Positions 13,141 to 26,745 of a DNA stretch of 62,669 bases are shown piece by piece. The translations under genes were made by a program, and so were the position numbers. This stretch comes from Leucoraja ocellata (Eukaryota), in contig JAWMAR010004017.1 of NCBI GenBank assembly GCA_036785375.1, forward strand, positions 1 through 62,669. Reading direction: 5' to 3'. A model generated the notes under the pieces. The model did not search any database. It worked only from the letters and a program-made list of their open reading frames with translations, and was not told the DNA's origin. Position 1 is the first letter of the stretch. Each line of letters begins with the position of its first letter.

Positions 13141-13410
13141 GAAAGAACTGCAGATGCAGGAAATATCAAAGGTAGACAAAACAAGGCTGGATAAACTCAG
13201 CGGGTGAGGCAGCATCTATGGAGAGAGGGAATAGGCGACATTTCGGGTCAAGTCCCTTCTACAGACTGGTGTAGAAGTGGCGGAGACAGTAGGAGTAGAA
13301 GGAGAGCTGGGCAATGGTGACGGGGAGGAGGGAAAGGACAAGGGCTATCTAAAATTAGAGATGTCAATGTTGATACCGCTGGGGTGTTGACTACTCAAGC
13401 CAAATACCCA
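13141..13410 (-). mobile_element. Penelope-like element 3' fragment
   Basis: Terminal repeat shared with 47213-47676 plus a decayed GIY-YIG C-terminus. Confidence 0.6.
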
Positions 13411-13509
13411 AGCTTGTCTCCTCACTACATTTACTGCGGTCTCCAGTCGTAAATCTGAGTTTTCGAGTAAACTCAGAGTGGAATTGGAAACTATATTTAG
13501 ATGTTAGGA

Positions 13510-13953
13510 CTTTATGAACAAGTTAGGGCTTTATTCTTTGGAGCGCAGAAGGTTAAGGGGGGACTTGATAGAGGTTTTCAAAATTATGAGAGGGATAGAC
13601 ATAGTTGACGTGGAAAAGCTTTTCCCACTGAGAGTAGGGAAGATTCAAACAAGGGGACAGGACTTGAGAATTAAGGGACTGAAGTTTAGGGGTAACATGA
13701 GGGGGAACTTCTTTACTCAGAGAGTGGTGGCTGTGTGGAATGAGCTTCCAGTGAAGGTGGTGGAGGCAGGTTCGTTTTTATCATTTAAACATAAATTGGA
13801 TAGTTATATGGACGGGAAGGGAATGGAAGGTTATGGTCTGAGCGCAGGTATATGGGACTAGGGGAGATTATGTGTTCGGCACGGACTAGAAGGGTCGAGA
13901 TGGCATGTTTCCGTGCTGTAATTGTTATATGGTTATATGGTTATATGGTTATA
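13510..13953 (+). mobile_element. CR1 LINE 3' end, (TATATGGT)n family
   Basis: LYSLERRRLRGDLIEVFK; paralog of 1551-1957. Confidence 0.9.
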
Positions 13954-14389
13954 TGCATGGTCTGGTGTCACTGGGTGTTCTCGAATATAAGCAAACACGT
14001 CTCTCCTACAGGGACCGAGCATCTCATTGATAGATGCAAAATATGATTAGTATGGACATACATTATTTTTTGGTGGATCAAACTAATGCTGACTTCAACT
14101 TGTTCATACACAATCATGCAATTTGAACGAGTCTGAACAAACCACATAGGTGCTCCCGTTTCTAAACAGACATGGCCGAATTGTAATAGACACTAGTGGA
14201 GATATATGCATAAATTGGGTGTACATTTACAGAAAACGGTTAATGTCGAAAGACGACAACCGGAATCAAATACAGAAACACGTCTACATGGAAAACGCCA
14301 GACGCTTCCGAAAATATTAACATGAGCGCCATATATGTAAAATAACAGCGGCAGGTGAACTGAGGAAACCACTATACACAATAATATAG

Positions 14390-16235
14390 ACGATACAAAA
14401 GTGGGTGGTTTTGCAAACAGTGCAGATGGTTGTGAAACATTGCAGTAGGAATTTCAAGAGTCAAGGGGGTTTTATTGCCATGTGTCCCTGATAGGACAAT
14501 GGAATGCTTTCTTGCTGCAGCACAACAGAATATGTGAACATAATACAGAACATGAGTAAAGGTTCAGTGTGTGTGTAGACCATAGACCATATATACACAA
14601 TACATAAACAGATAAACTACTAATGGACTGTTATTGTTCAGAGCTTATTTGAAGTCGCGTTTAATAGCTGTGGGGGAAAAAACTCTTCCTGAAACTGAAC
14701 GCTACAGATTTCAGGCTCACCTGCCTTCTTTCCAATGGTAACGGAGAGCTGAGTGTGTGACCGACGACTATTTCATGATGTTGACAGCCTTTTCGAGGCA
14801 GCGACTGCGATAGATCCCTTCATAGAAACATAGAAACATAGAAATTAGGTGCAGGAGTAGGCCATTCGGCCCTTCGAGCCTGCACCGCCATTCAATATGA
14901 TCATGGCTGATCATCCAACTCAGTATCCCGTACCTGCCTTCTCTCCATACCCTCTGACCCCCTTAGCCACAAGGGGCACATCTAACTCCTTCTTAAATAT
15001 AGCCAATGAACTGTGGCCTCAACTACCCTCTGTGGCAGAGAGTTCCAGAGATTCACCACTCTCTATGTGAAAAAAGTTCTTCTCATCTTAGTTTTAAAGG
15101 ATTTCCCCCTCATCCTTAAGCTGTGACTCCTTGTCCTGGACTTCCCCAACACCGGGAGCAATCTTCCTGCATCTAACCTGTCCAACCCCTTAAGAATTTT
15201 GTAAGTTTCTATAAGATCCCCTCTCAATCTCCTAAAATGATGATGGTGAGAAGGTCAAAGGCGGTGATGGACTGGGCAGTGGTCACAACTTTCTGCATTA
15301 TTTTACGCTCCTGGACGTTCAAGTTGCCAAACCAAGCCAGGTGCAGCCAATCAGTCTGCTCTCTACTGTGCACCTATTAAAGTTCGAGAGAGTCCTTCTT
15401 GACATACCGACTTATCGGTTGGTCAAGATCCTGAGCGATGGTTGATTGAATATAATGCAGAAAAACAGGAGGTGTTACATATTGGGAAGTCCAAATTGGA
15501 CAGGACCTACATAGTGAATAATATGACTCTGGGCAGGGTTGAAGCGCAGCGGGATCTAGGAATCCGTAGGCATAGTTTCCTGTAGGTGGAGTGGCAGGTC
15601 GATCGGGTAGTCAAAAAGGCATTTAGCACATTGGTGTTCATCAGCCACAGTATTGAGTGTAGAAGTTGGGAGGTCATGTTGCAATTGCCACATTTAGAAT
15701 ATTGTGTTTAGTTCAGGCCACTTTGATATAGGAAATATGTTGTCAAGCTGGAAAGGGTACAGAGAAGATTTACGAGGATGGTGCCAGGACTGGGATGTCT
15801 GATCGAAGGCAGAGGTTGAGTAGGCCTCGACTCTATTTATCGGAGCGCAGGAGGTTGAGAGGTGATCTTGCATAGCTGCATAAGATCACCGGAGGAATAG
15901 ATCGGGTAGAGGCACAACGTGTCTTCTCAGAATTGGTGAAACGAGGACCGAAGGACATATATTTATGGTGAATGGGGTAACGGTTTAATAGGAATCTGAT
16001 AGGTTACTTTTTCACCTGAAAGGTGGTGGGTGTATTGAACACGCTGTCAGATAAGGTAGTTGAGGCAGGGACTATCCCAATATGTAAGAAACATTTAGGA
16101 GGGGGGTACATGGATAGAACAGGTTTGGAGGTATATAGATCAAATGCTGGCAGTTGGGACATATGTAGCTGGGACATGCTGCCCGGTTTGACAAGTTGGA
16201 TCGAATAGTCAGTTTCCACACTGCATCACTCTATG
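14390..16235. mobile_element. Nested TEs: old CR1 (+) interrupted by Rex1-like (-), itself interrupted by young CR1 (-, 14822-15234)
   Basis: Continuity of each element across the inserted one. Confidence 0.7.
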
Positions 16236-17750
16236 AGTAATGGTGCGACCACATGGTCTTCTATAGTTGAAGTAAATCATCCCTGGAACTTATGTAAATG
16301 AAGTAATACAACTGATAATCATTTTTTTTAAGGCAAGTTTTGCATCTTTGGCCAGTACTATCCAGTAGGATGGAGAAGGCTACAACTGATAAAGGGATAG
16401 ATTAGATTCAGATTAGATTCAATTTATTTGTCATTTGGACCCCTTAAGGTCCAAACGAAATGACGTTTCTGCAGCCATACATTACAACAAATAGACCCAA
16501 GACACAACATAATTTACATAAACATCCATCACATTGCTGTGATGGAAGGCAAAAAAAACGTATCTCTCCACTGCACTCCCCCCTCCCCCCTCCCCATGTC
16601 AGTCAAAGTCAAAGCCTCCGGCTGGCGATGGCGATTGTCCCGCGGCCATTAAAGCCACGCCGGGTGATGCAAAGTCGCACACCGGGTTCTTGATGTTAGA
16701 GCCCCCGGCGTGCGCTCGCAGAGTCCCGCGGCCATTCCAAGCCGCGCGGGGCGGTGATGTCAGGCCCCGCTCCAGGAGCTCTTCAACCCCGCAACTCGGG
16801 CGGGAGAAGTCGCCGTTGCGGGAGCCCTGAAAAGCGGTCTCCCTCCAGGGACCCGCGGGATGCCGGTGCCGCCGTCCGCCAGACCCGCAGTTGCAGCCTC
16901 CGAATCTCCGGAGGTCGGGCCGCAGCAGCGCTCCAACACCGCTCCACCCGCTCTGGACTCGGCCAGCTCCGCGACGGTGAGGTGAGTCGTCGGCACCAGA
17001 GCCCCCGGTCTTCTCCTGTTGGAGGCCGATCCTCGTTGCAGCCCCAGCGCCAACGGAGACCCGACAAAGAAAAGGTCGGGTCTCCCGTGCAGGGAGAGAT
17101 TTAAAAGTTACCCCCTCCCTCTCGCCCTCTCTATGTCTCTTTNNNNNNNNNNNNNNNNNNNNNNNNNNNNNNNNNNNNNNNNNNNNNNNNNNNNNNNNNN
17201 NNNNNNNNNNNNNNNNNNNNNNNNNNNNNNNNNNNNNNNNNNNNNNNNNNNNNNNNNNNNNNNNNNNNNNNNNNNNNNNNNNNNNNNNNNNNNNNNNNNN
17301 NNNNNNNNNNNNNNNNNNNNNNNNNNNNNNNNNNNNNNNNNNNNNNNNNNNNGTGAATCTCGTTCCCTTTCTGCTAAGTATATTTTGCAGTTGACTTCCG
17401 AAGCGAAGACGAGTAAGACAAAGATAACTACTTTCATATTCAATCAAACTGTTCACCCAGAACGTTCTCTATATATCTGCAATAATATAACCTGGCGACT
17501 GCTTCCGTTGATGAGAATGGAAATAACCCAATCTGAAACGTACGAAGTCCGCGGGAAAGAAAGACTAAGTGTAGTGTAATACAAAAAAAACATATACGGT
17601 TAAACGGGGTGCAAATAAAGCTAATAGCAATCCGTCTTCGAACTGTTAACCGCAAAAAGTTTCGTTTTCCCTCTCGTATTAAAATCTGCAGGACCTAGGC
17701 GTTTGCACCACGAGGTACTTGATCTGTTCACGCCCCTTGACAGCGATGTG

Positions 17751-18466
17751 CAGAAAGCGCCTTAGAATGGGCCTAGTATAACAGACACGTGGATGTGATT
17801 GTATGACGCAACAACTGAAAACGTGTCTCGTGCAATCGAGGGGTTCGTCGCCCCCTGCCCTGCCCTGCCCTTTCCCTTTATTGCAGTGGATGACGGATCT
17901 CATTGTACACATGGAATTGCTGGGGCCTAATGGTTGGCACAAATCCCAACTTCACCGTCAGCGCGAGGATGAATGATTAGAGATTGTAGTTCACTGAAGT
18001 CGCGTCGAAAATGTAGGACGACGTGAGTTGCCTTCCGTTTGGGACGACCGATAGTACGAGAGGGTCGCACACGGAATCCGCTGCAGGAAGAAAGTTCCAC
18101 CCGTAAATCACCGAATGACTGCATCAGGTTTAATCTTATTGTTATCAAAAGAAAGCGCGGGGGCCTTGCTTTGTCCATGCCAATTTCCTCACTCTCTAAA
18201 CTTCACACAAGATCCCACTTTACTTTGAAGCACTTGTTTTAAATTAAACTGACTATCATATCAGTTGCAACTGGTGGACCAGAAGAGTCTCTGCGGGAAA
18301 TGTCACTCTTTGACCTGCGTGTAAGTGAATCAAGGAACATGCAGGTTGACTGATGAGTAAAGTTCACAGTCTGCCCTAAATTGGAGTCGTCGACAACGAA
18401 AGCATTATCAACCTTGCATTCATCAATTAATGCAGGCGGAATAGGAATGGATGGAATTTCACCCAT
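17751..18466 (-). pseudogene. Probable decayed TCR V segment
   Basis: Acceptor ttcttcctgcag at 18081 then (A)DSVCDPLVLSVVPNGRQLTSSYIFDATSVNYNL*, later LDCTRHVFS and ...ALS + CACATCG (17744-17750); leader-like MGEIPSIPIPPALI from 18466 with a broken donor. Stops and frameshifts, no nonamer. Confidence 0.35.
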
Positions 18467-19918
18467 TTAAGTGTGAGGAGACGCTCTTTGGGGGTATTAG
18501 TTGTGGTGGAAGAAATACCGTAAATGGCAGGGAGAGTTTATGCAGAGTCCATTATTGCTGCATATTTGGATAGAGTAGCGAAGAAGGCATTTGTTGCGCA
18601 TGTTTTTCATCACCGAGGCACTGGGGATAATGTATAGAACGTTGTCTAACAGCCGTACAAAAGATTGGTTATCCCTCACTTGCCTACTGTCTTAATGACC
18701 ACGATATAGGAAATATTTGGTGGCTTTAGAGAGAGTACAGACGATAAATGGTTTATCCAGATGATTGTTATAGTATTAAGTGGAGTATCGAGAGTATATA
18801 TATTTTCTTACGTTGATGCGACACCCTGTGGAGTCATGTGGTTATGACATTTTGACGGGTATTGATGGGATAAATATAAGCTTTTCACAGGGCAGGGGAG
18901 CTGTTAACTATTTTACATTGGTCAAACTGACTGCCACACGACTGGTGATTTATAGACGGCTTCTCATTTCACATGATATGTACCCTGCAAAGTGGGAGGG
19001 ACAAACTGTAAAGGAGTTCTGCGGAGAGCTTTCTTAGACAGCGGGGGGGAGGGAATGCCTGGAATGTTCTGCCGGAGATGGTGGTCGAGGCACATGCAAT
19101 AATCGCATTTGAATGTCTTCGAAAGGGCACTCAATGCAGAGGGAAGAGGGATCTGGATCATGTGCAGTCAGGGCCGGTATCGTGTTCGGCACAGACATTG
19201 TCGACCAAATGACCATTTCTGTGATGCATTGTTCTTTCTATGAAAGACACGCTAATTTTCATTCGTAGTGCAGTGTTCCCGTTGAATGTGCCTGTATCAT
19301 TGTTCCTGTGTAGAAGCCAAAACTACACCGACACGGAGACTCTCCACTAACAGGCCGGGGATCTCAGTGTCATTATAATGATATAAGGGTTAATTTTGAA
19401 AAGGCAAGAACGATTTTACACTATACCATGCTTCGGCTATTTTTTTTAGCAACGGTGCCGTCTGTTAATTTGTATCGTGGATTCAAATAGAAATCTGATG
19501 AATAATTGAACGAAGACAAAGGACAAAATAAGTTGGAATAATATTATAGCACTTGTGCTCATGAATAGAAGTCGGGAAGTTCTATAAGTGCAAGTTTTAA
19601 AAAGGGATTTGTCAGTATAACTGTTGTTGAATTTTTCGCATGAATAGCCAGCAAAAATGGACTACGTAACGTGGGCTAAGTGGACTTTTGTGTTGTTTAC
19701 GAGGTGCTCAGCTGGTGATTTGCAAACTGGTACAATTACTCAACACCACATGAGGCTGCAACCCAATTGGTGCAAGGTTTAACGAGTGGTGTCCGGAGAG
19801 GCTGATCTCAGTCCCTCTTGACTTGAATTCTGCTTATAAGTATACGGCGTCTTGCATGGTTTGTTGACTGCGGCAGGCGTCGGATCAGCAGCACAGAAGG
19901 GAACACATTTGAACGGAA

Positions 19919-19988
19919 ATGAGTGCGATTCTGGTAGAATGGATAAAACCCGTGTATTACCCATGTTTAGCATTGATTGGAGTCCCCG
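19919..19988 (+). CDS. GPCR gene B, exon 1 (MSAILVEWIKPVYYPCLALIGVP)
   Basis: 70-bp ATG exon ending CCC G|gtaagt; YYP..A.IGVP start of TM1 typical of this family; in frame with exon 2. Confidence 0.9.
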
Positions 19989-20274
19989 GTAAGTCACTGA
20001 TAAGTGCTTGGTGGAATGCACGCAAGGTGGAAATATGGGTCTGGAAACGGCGGCGTTTTCAAGAAAAAGGAAGATGGCAGGTTAACGCAGCAGGTTAATG
20101 CACATCGGGAGATAAAGTAATTGGTTTAAAGTGTTTACTTGCTAATATGGTAGCGATGCTTAGAGCATGTCATTCATCAATGTTCTGGATTGCGTACGTA
20201 TAATGTTGGTGGTAAATGGAACACGCCGGCACTATGATCCGAACTGATGGATTACATCCCTCAGCTGGAGCAGA

Positions 20275-20945
20275 TAATCCGAGGAAAGACATTCTTGCCA
20301 TACAGGGAGTACAGAGAAGGTTCACCAGACTGATGCCTGGGATGCCAGGACTTTCATATGAAGAAAGTCTGGATAGACTCGACTTGTACTCGCTAGAATA
20401 TAGAAGATTGAGGGGGGATCTTATAGAAACTTACAAAATTCTTGGGGTTGAACAGGCTAGAAGCAGGAAGATTGTTCCCGATGTTGGGGAAGTCCAGAAC
20501 AAGGGGTCACAGTTTAAGGATAAGGGGGATGTCTTTTAGGACCGTGATGAGAAAAAAACATTTTTCACACAGAGAGTAGTGAATCTGTGGAATTCTCTGC
20601 CACAGAAGGTGGTTGAGGCCAGTGCATTGGTTATATTTTAGAGGGAGTTAGATGTGACCTTTGTGGTAAAGGGATCAGGGGGTATGAAGAGCAGGCAGGA
20701 ACGGGCTACTGATTGTGGCTGATCAGTATTGAATGGCGGTGCAGGCTTGAAGGGCCGAATGGCCTCTATTCCTGCACCTATTTTCTATCCTTCTATGTCG
20801 TGATTGTTCCATTTAAAAACTGAATATACTGAGAAACGGGATACTGAGTTGGATGTTCAGTCATGATCATATTGAATGGCGGTGCAGGCTCGAAGGGCCG
20901 AATGACCTACTCCTGCACCTAATTTCTATGTTTCTATGTTTCTAT
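20275..20945 (+). mobile_element. CR1/HER1 LINE 3' ends (gene B intron)
   Basis: ORF2 C-terminus and duplicated 3' tail. Confidence 0.85.
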
Positions 20946-22437
20946 ATTGTGACGTCCCTGCTCTAGTCAGTAGTTTATCTTTCCATCCGAAACATTAGTT
21001 GAAACGTGCTTCATCATCACGCCCGGCGAATGGTGAATTGTTGAGCCCTGCTCAACTTAAATGGCGGTTTCATTGGCAACATTTTCCCGAAAGCGCTACT
21101 TCCATCTAGCAAATTTGAATTTTATCTCGCGCATTCGATGAATGTATTTTGAATCTTTCTTCTTTCTTATCTTGGGAATATGTCTCCGCTGTGTCTTTCT
21201 CAAGAGCATAATTACAGCTAGTACTATTAATTGTGGGAATGACTCAGCAGAATCAGCGCCGATGCAGAGTCACTGCGTTCCTTGTGGTCTGTGTAGGTAT
21301 ATGTTTATATATATGTGTCGAAGATGTTCAGGGGGACAGAGAGAATTGATAATGCAATGTACCGTGCCTGTATCTGACCTGCCACTCAAATGAACCCCCT
21401 TGCACATCACATCAATTGAGTATGTACATTAGTGTGGTTAAGAATCTTGCCATTACCTGTAGAATTGCGCTTTCCATTCGACATCTCACAGATCAACAGC
21501 TCACACTTGCTTGGGCTCATCCCTGCAATTTCCCCGCCCATTTCTGTAGCTGATCTATATCCCACGGTATACTTTGACAGCCTTCCTCATATTTTTACAA
21601 CTCCAGCCATGTTGATGCCGTCTGCCAACGGACTAGGCAACCTGTCTGCATTGATGTCCAAGTCATTTATATATATCACAAACAACACAGCTTCCAGCGC
21701 ACAAATCTACGTAACTCCACCAGCACAGCTACCCAGCCATGACAACGCGCGTCCACTACAAATCTCTGTCTTCTATTCACAAAGCATCCAGGATGGATAC
21801 GATCGAGTCACTGTAAATCCCTGTGCATCTTTTATTATTATTATATATATTTTTTTAATTTTTGTCGTTATTTTTTGTTTTTGTTTCATTCTGCTTACAT
21901 GTTTGTTATTCTGTTACTAAATTTTGTGAGGTGTCCTTGAGACTCTTGAAAGGCCCTATAAATAAAATGTATTATTATTATTGTTATCTTAATACTCCGC
22001 ATCATACTCACACCAGACTTCATCAAATGCCGAAATGAAGTCCATATAGACACAGCCACCACTATTACAGTAATCGATTACCTTTGACACATCTCCAAAC
22101 TATTCGACAAATCAATAACACATGTCATTTTTGTTGAAAACAGCCATGTCGACTGTTCCTAATTAGTCCATTCACTTCCATATGGAAGTTAATAATATCG
22201 GGAAACATTATCACCAACTACTTTCCCACCACTGACTTGAGACTCAAAATCCTGCGATTCTCTGGATTTCCTCCACTTCCCTTCTTAAACTAAGGAACCG
22301 GTCGGCACTCTCCCGTCCTTAGGTGGAGGGAATCTCTTTTCATATCCTCATCTGCGGAATGTTTTTCGGCATTGACTGTTTTGAAGTTGGTCACAGTGTT
22401 CGCTCGTCCCATAATACATTATTTCTTGTTCTCCTAG

Positions 22438-23324
22438 TGAACCTGTTGGCCATTGTTGTCCTGTCGCGCGGAAAGTGTGGTCTCTCCAAGTGCATCACGA
22501 GGTATTTGGTGGCCATGGCGACAGCGGATCTCTCGGTGATCGTCTGCGAGGTGATATTGCATCAGATTACGGAGCTTTATTGGCGGAAGTCTTTCTTATC
22601 CTACACCGCTGTGTGCAGACTCATTCGCTTCCTCTCTCCGGCGGCCGTCGACTGTTCCGTTTGGTTCACGGTCGCTTTCACCTTTGATCGCTTTGTGGCC
22701 ATTTCCACTCAGACGATGAGAAACAAATATTGCACTGAGAGAACGGCGCTGGTGGTTATAGTGACCATCAGCGCGCTCTTCGGTTTAAAGAATATCCCCT
22801 GGCCTTTTATTTTCATTGGCTATAATGAGCGCATACAGCTGGGTTGCTTTATATCCACATATTTCTATACTGTCCCGGCATGGGTAGCATTTTCGTGGAC
22901 CGAACGGTTGCTAACCCCAGTTGTCCCATTCTGTGTTATTTTGTTCCTGAACGCGCTCATCGTCAGACGTATCGTCGTGGCCAGTCGTGTCCGCCGAAAT
23001 CTCCGGGACCTCGGTAGTAACGAGACGGAGATGGACCCAGAGACGGTGAACCGCAGACGGTCCATCGTTTTACTCCTTGCTATCACCATCACCTTTATAG
23101 TACTCTGGGCGACATCTGTGGTACATTTCATATACTATAACTTGGTGAAAGCCTTTGCACGCAGGACCTGGATCAGACCTTTTGTGGTGTTTGAAGATAT
23201 CAGCGTTATGGTTCACCTGCTGAGCTCCTGCACAAACACGGCCATTTACATGGTCACCCAGCGGCGGTTCAGGGGAGAGTTGCTGCACGCACTCAAATAT
23301 ATGCTTGCATTTATTCGGATATAG
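22438..23324 (+). CDS. GPR139/GPR142-like class A GPCR, gene B, exon 2 (spliced product 318 aa)
   Basis: Acceptor tttcttgttctcctag|TG AAC CTG; GKCGLSKCITRYLVAMA, FTFDRF, LWAT, SSCTNTAIY motifs; TAG 23322-23324. Confidence 0.92.
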
Positions 23325-23629
23325 TTCATCGAGCTTCATGTTGTATCTTTCTTTCCCCCTTTTTAAATTTTTTTTTTTTACAGTTTTATGTGTTATTGTC
23401 GTTATTTTTTGGACAGGTTATCACTTGTTTACCCCTGGACTGCCCATCTGGTACTCTAGGGGTTTACGCATTACAACCTCCTTCACTCTTTTCTCCTCTC
23501 GTTCTCTCTCTTTCTTGATCTACATTTTTCTTGTTAAATTTAAAATATAAGTTGTGCACGAAATGTTTGTCATATGCATATACTACTGTACGCTACTTCT
23601 AAAAAATACATATATATATATTTTCGTTT

Positions 23630-24156
23630 TTAAATTATTTTATTTACTTTTAAATCCCTAAATAGTCTTGCCCCGTCCTACCTATCTGAGCGTCTTCACC
23701 CTTATACACCCTCCCGCTCTCTCAGGTCAGATGATCAGCTGCTCCTGATTGAGCCAAAAACTAAGCGGAAGCTCAGAGGGGACCGTGCCTTTGCTGTGTC
23801 GGCTCTGAGATTGTGGAATGATTTGCCTCTGTACGTTAAACAAGCCCCTCTCTAGCTGTTTTAAGTCACTCCTGAAGACATATCTATTCTCCGTGGCCTT
23901 TGTAGACCAGTAAGGTGTCGAATTATGTATTTACTTTATTTGCTTGGTTTTGCTGCGTGGTTCGTACTCGTGTTGTATGTCTTTTAATTTATTGTTTGGA
24001 TTTTCGAATGTAATTTATGCGCCTCGTGTTAGCTGTATGTTCTGTTGTTCTGCCTGTTTTATGATGTCTTGCTTATTTTCTTTTTCTGTACAGCACTTTG
24101 GTCAGCTTTGGTTGTTTTTTAAGGTGCTTAACAAATAAAGTTATTATTATTAATAT
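23630..24156 (+). mobile_element. L2-clade LINE 3' end
   Basis: FKSLNSLAPSYLSE...RGDRAFAVSALRLWNDLP; AATAAA + (TTA)n tail. Confidence 0.75.
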
Positions 24157-24440
24157 TATATGCTTGCATTTATTCGGATATAGGTCATCGAGCTTCATGT
24201 TGTATCAGCACCAAATCAACATGGCCCTGTCTGGTCGAGCTTCTCCAACTGGCTTGGCCAACATTTGACTCGGTACATATAATTAATTCTCCGAAATAAA
24301 TCTTACAGTGAATTCATAATACCCATAGCGACCACTGGGCACCTTAAGAAACCATTGCCGTGGCTACACTCTCCTTCCCATATCGTTTATTTTAAACTAG
24401 CGGCCATGCGCCATGACCGAAATCTCTGGAAATCGATTAG

Positions 24441-25137
24441 AAACATAGAAACATAGAAAATAGGGGCAGGAGTAGGCCATTCGGCCCTTCGAGCCTGCAC
24501 CGTCATTCAATATGATCATGGCTGATCATCCAACTCAGTATCCTGTACCTGCTTTCTCTCCATGCCCCCTGGTCCGTTTAGCCACAAGGGCCACATCTAT
24601 CTCCCTCTTGAATATAGCCAATTAACTGGCCTCAATTACCTTATGTGGCAGAGAGTTCCAGAGACTCCCCTATATTTCCTCTTCAACTCCATCCTGAGGC
24701 GTTAGATTTTCCTGGGATTCCTGGGATGTCAGGACTTTCATATGAAGAAAGATTGGATAGACTCGGCTTGTACTCGCTAGAATTTAGAAGATTGAGGGGG
24801 GATCATATAAAAAGGTACAACATTCTTAAGGGGTTGGACAAGCTAGATGCAGGAAGATTGTTCCCGATGTTGGGGAAGTCCAGAACAAGGGGTTACAGTT
24901 TAAGGATAAGGGGGAAGTCTTTTAGGACCGAGATGAGAAAAACCTCTTTTCACACAGAGAGTGGTGAATCTGTGGAATTCTCTGCCACAGAAGGTAGTTG
25001 AGGCTAGTTCATTTGCTATATTTAAGATCGAGTTAGATGTGACCCTTGTGGCGAAAGGGATCGGGGGTATGGAGAGAAGGCAGGTACAGGATACTGAGTT
25101 GGATGATCAGCCATGATCATATTGAATGGCGGTGCAG
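24441..25137. mobile_element. Two CR1/HER1 3' fragments in opposite orientation
   Basis: Minus copy 24441-24670, plus copy 24710-25137. Confidence 0.85.
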
Positions 25138-25171
25138 CCCGCATGTCCGCACTATCTCCAATATATGAAAG

Positions 25172-25754
25172 CCATTGTCCTTCCATTGCGAAGTTCAATA
25201 GAAATGTCATCCCGTCACCCATTCATTCTCTGCTGAGATGCTGCCTGCCCGCTGAGTTAAATAGTTCCCACGATAGACTCCTGAGATAAGGAAAACGCAC
25301 GGGCCACAACGTTCCTAAAACGAGTTTAAATGTTTCAATTGTATCTTCAGCAGTACAATTTACCCGTGGCAAATTTTAAATGTGAGTCTCACGTTGCGAG
25401 TTGACACAAGATACCCCGAGTTAAAACTCGTGGTAATAACCTACGATTAACGCACGGAACTCGTAAACGCAACTTAGAGACTGGTGGCGCTAACGGCAGA
25501 TAATCGTGTAACTTGTCAACTCTTGAAAAAAATCAAACATGTTTAAAGTTTTCCACAAGTCAAATTTACTCTTGTGGTTAAGAATTGAAACATTTTAACT
25601 CGTTGTAAGAACGTAGTGACCCGTGCGTTTAACTTAGTGTATCGTGGGTCTACCGTGGGAACTCTTTAACTCAGCGGGCAGGCAGCATCGCTGGGGAGAA
25701 GGAATGGGTGACGGGATGACGTTTCTATTGAACCTCGCAATAAAAGGACAATGG
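25172..25754. mobile_element. Foldback/MITE-like element with ~250-bp inverted arms
   Basis: CCATTGTCCTT...AAGGACAATGG termini; arms complementary almost to the centre. Confidence 0.75.
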
Positions 25755-25761
25755 ATTAAAC

Positions 25762-26745
25762 AAACTTAAAGCACACGGCATTGGGGGTTCAGTATTGATG
25801 TGGATAGAGAACTGGCTGGCAAACAGGAAGCAAAGAGTAGGAGTAAACGGGTCCTTTTCACAATGGCAGGCAGTGACTAGTGGAGTACCGCAAGGCTCAG
25901 TGCTGGGACCCCAGCTATTTACAATATATATTAATGATCTGGATGAGGGAATTGAAGGCAATATCTCCAAGTTTGCAGATGACACTAAGCTGGGGGGCAG
26001 TGTTAGCTGTGAGGAGGATGCTAGGAGAATGCAAGGTGACTTGGATAGGCTGGGTGAGTGGGCAAATGTTTGGCAGATACAGTATAATGTGGATCAATGT
26101 GAGGTTATCCATTTTGGAGGCAAAAACGGGAAAGCAGACTATTATCTAAATGGTGGCCGTTTGGGAAAGGGGGAGATGCAGCGAGACCTGGGTGTCATGG
26201 TACACCAGTCATTGAAGGTAGGCATGCAGCTGCAGCAGGCAGTAAAGAAAGCGAATGGGATGTTGGCTTTCATAGCAAAATGATTTGAGTATAGGAGCAG
26301 GGACGTTCTGCTGCAGTTGTACAGGGTCTTGGTGAGACCACACCTGGAGTATTGCGTACAGTTTTGGTCTCCAAATCTGAGAAAGGACATTATTGCCATA
26401 GAGGGAGTGCAGAGAAGGTTCACCAGACTGATTCCTGGGATGTCAGGACTGTCTTATGAAGAAAGACTGGATAGATTTGGTTTATACTATCTAGAATTTA
26501 GGAGATTGAGAGGGGATCTTATAGAAACTCACAAAATTCTTAAGGGGTTGGACAGGCTAGATGCAGGAAGATTGTTCCCGATGTTGGGGAAGTCCAGGAC
26601 AAGGGGTCACAGCTTAAGAATAACGGGGGCATCCTTTAAAACCGAGATGAGGAGAACTTTTTTCACACAGAGAGTGGTGAATCTCTGGAACTCTCTGCTA
26701 CAGAGGGTAGTTGAGGCCAGTTCATTGGCTGATGTTAGATGTGGC
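25762..26745 (+). mobile_element. CR1/HER1 LINE RT domain and C-terminus
   Basis: [24 protein letters not shown]; in-frame stop at 26281. Confidence 0.92.

Noticed and set aside
16599-17579. Long ORFs spanning N runs (also 26.7-27.1 kb, 48.9-49.6 kb, 55.4-55.6 kb)
   Set aside because: Artefacts of assembly gaps.
22323-22437. ORF-track N-terminal extensions of the GPCRs (also 5603-5663)
   Set aside because: Intronic read-through upstream of clear splice acceptors; true first exons identified elsewhere.
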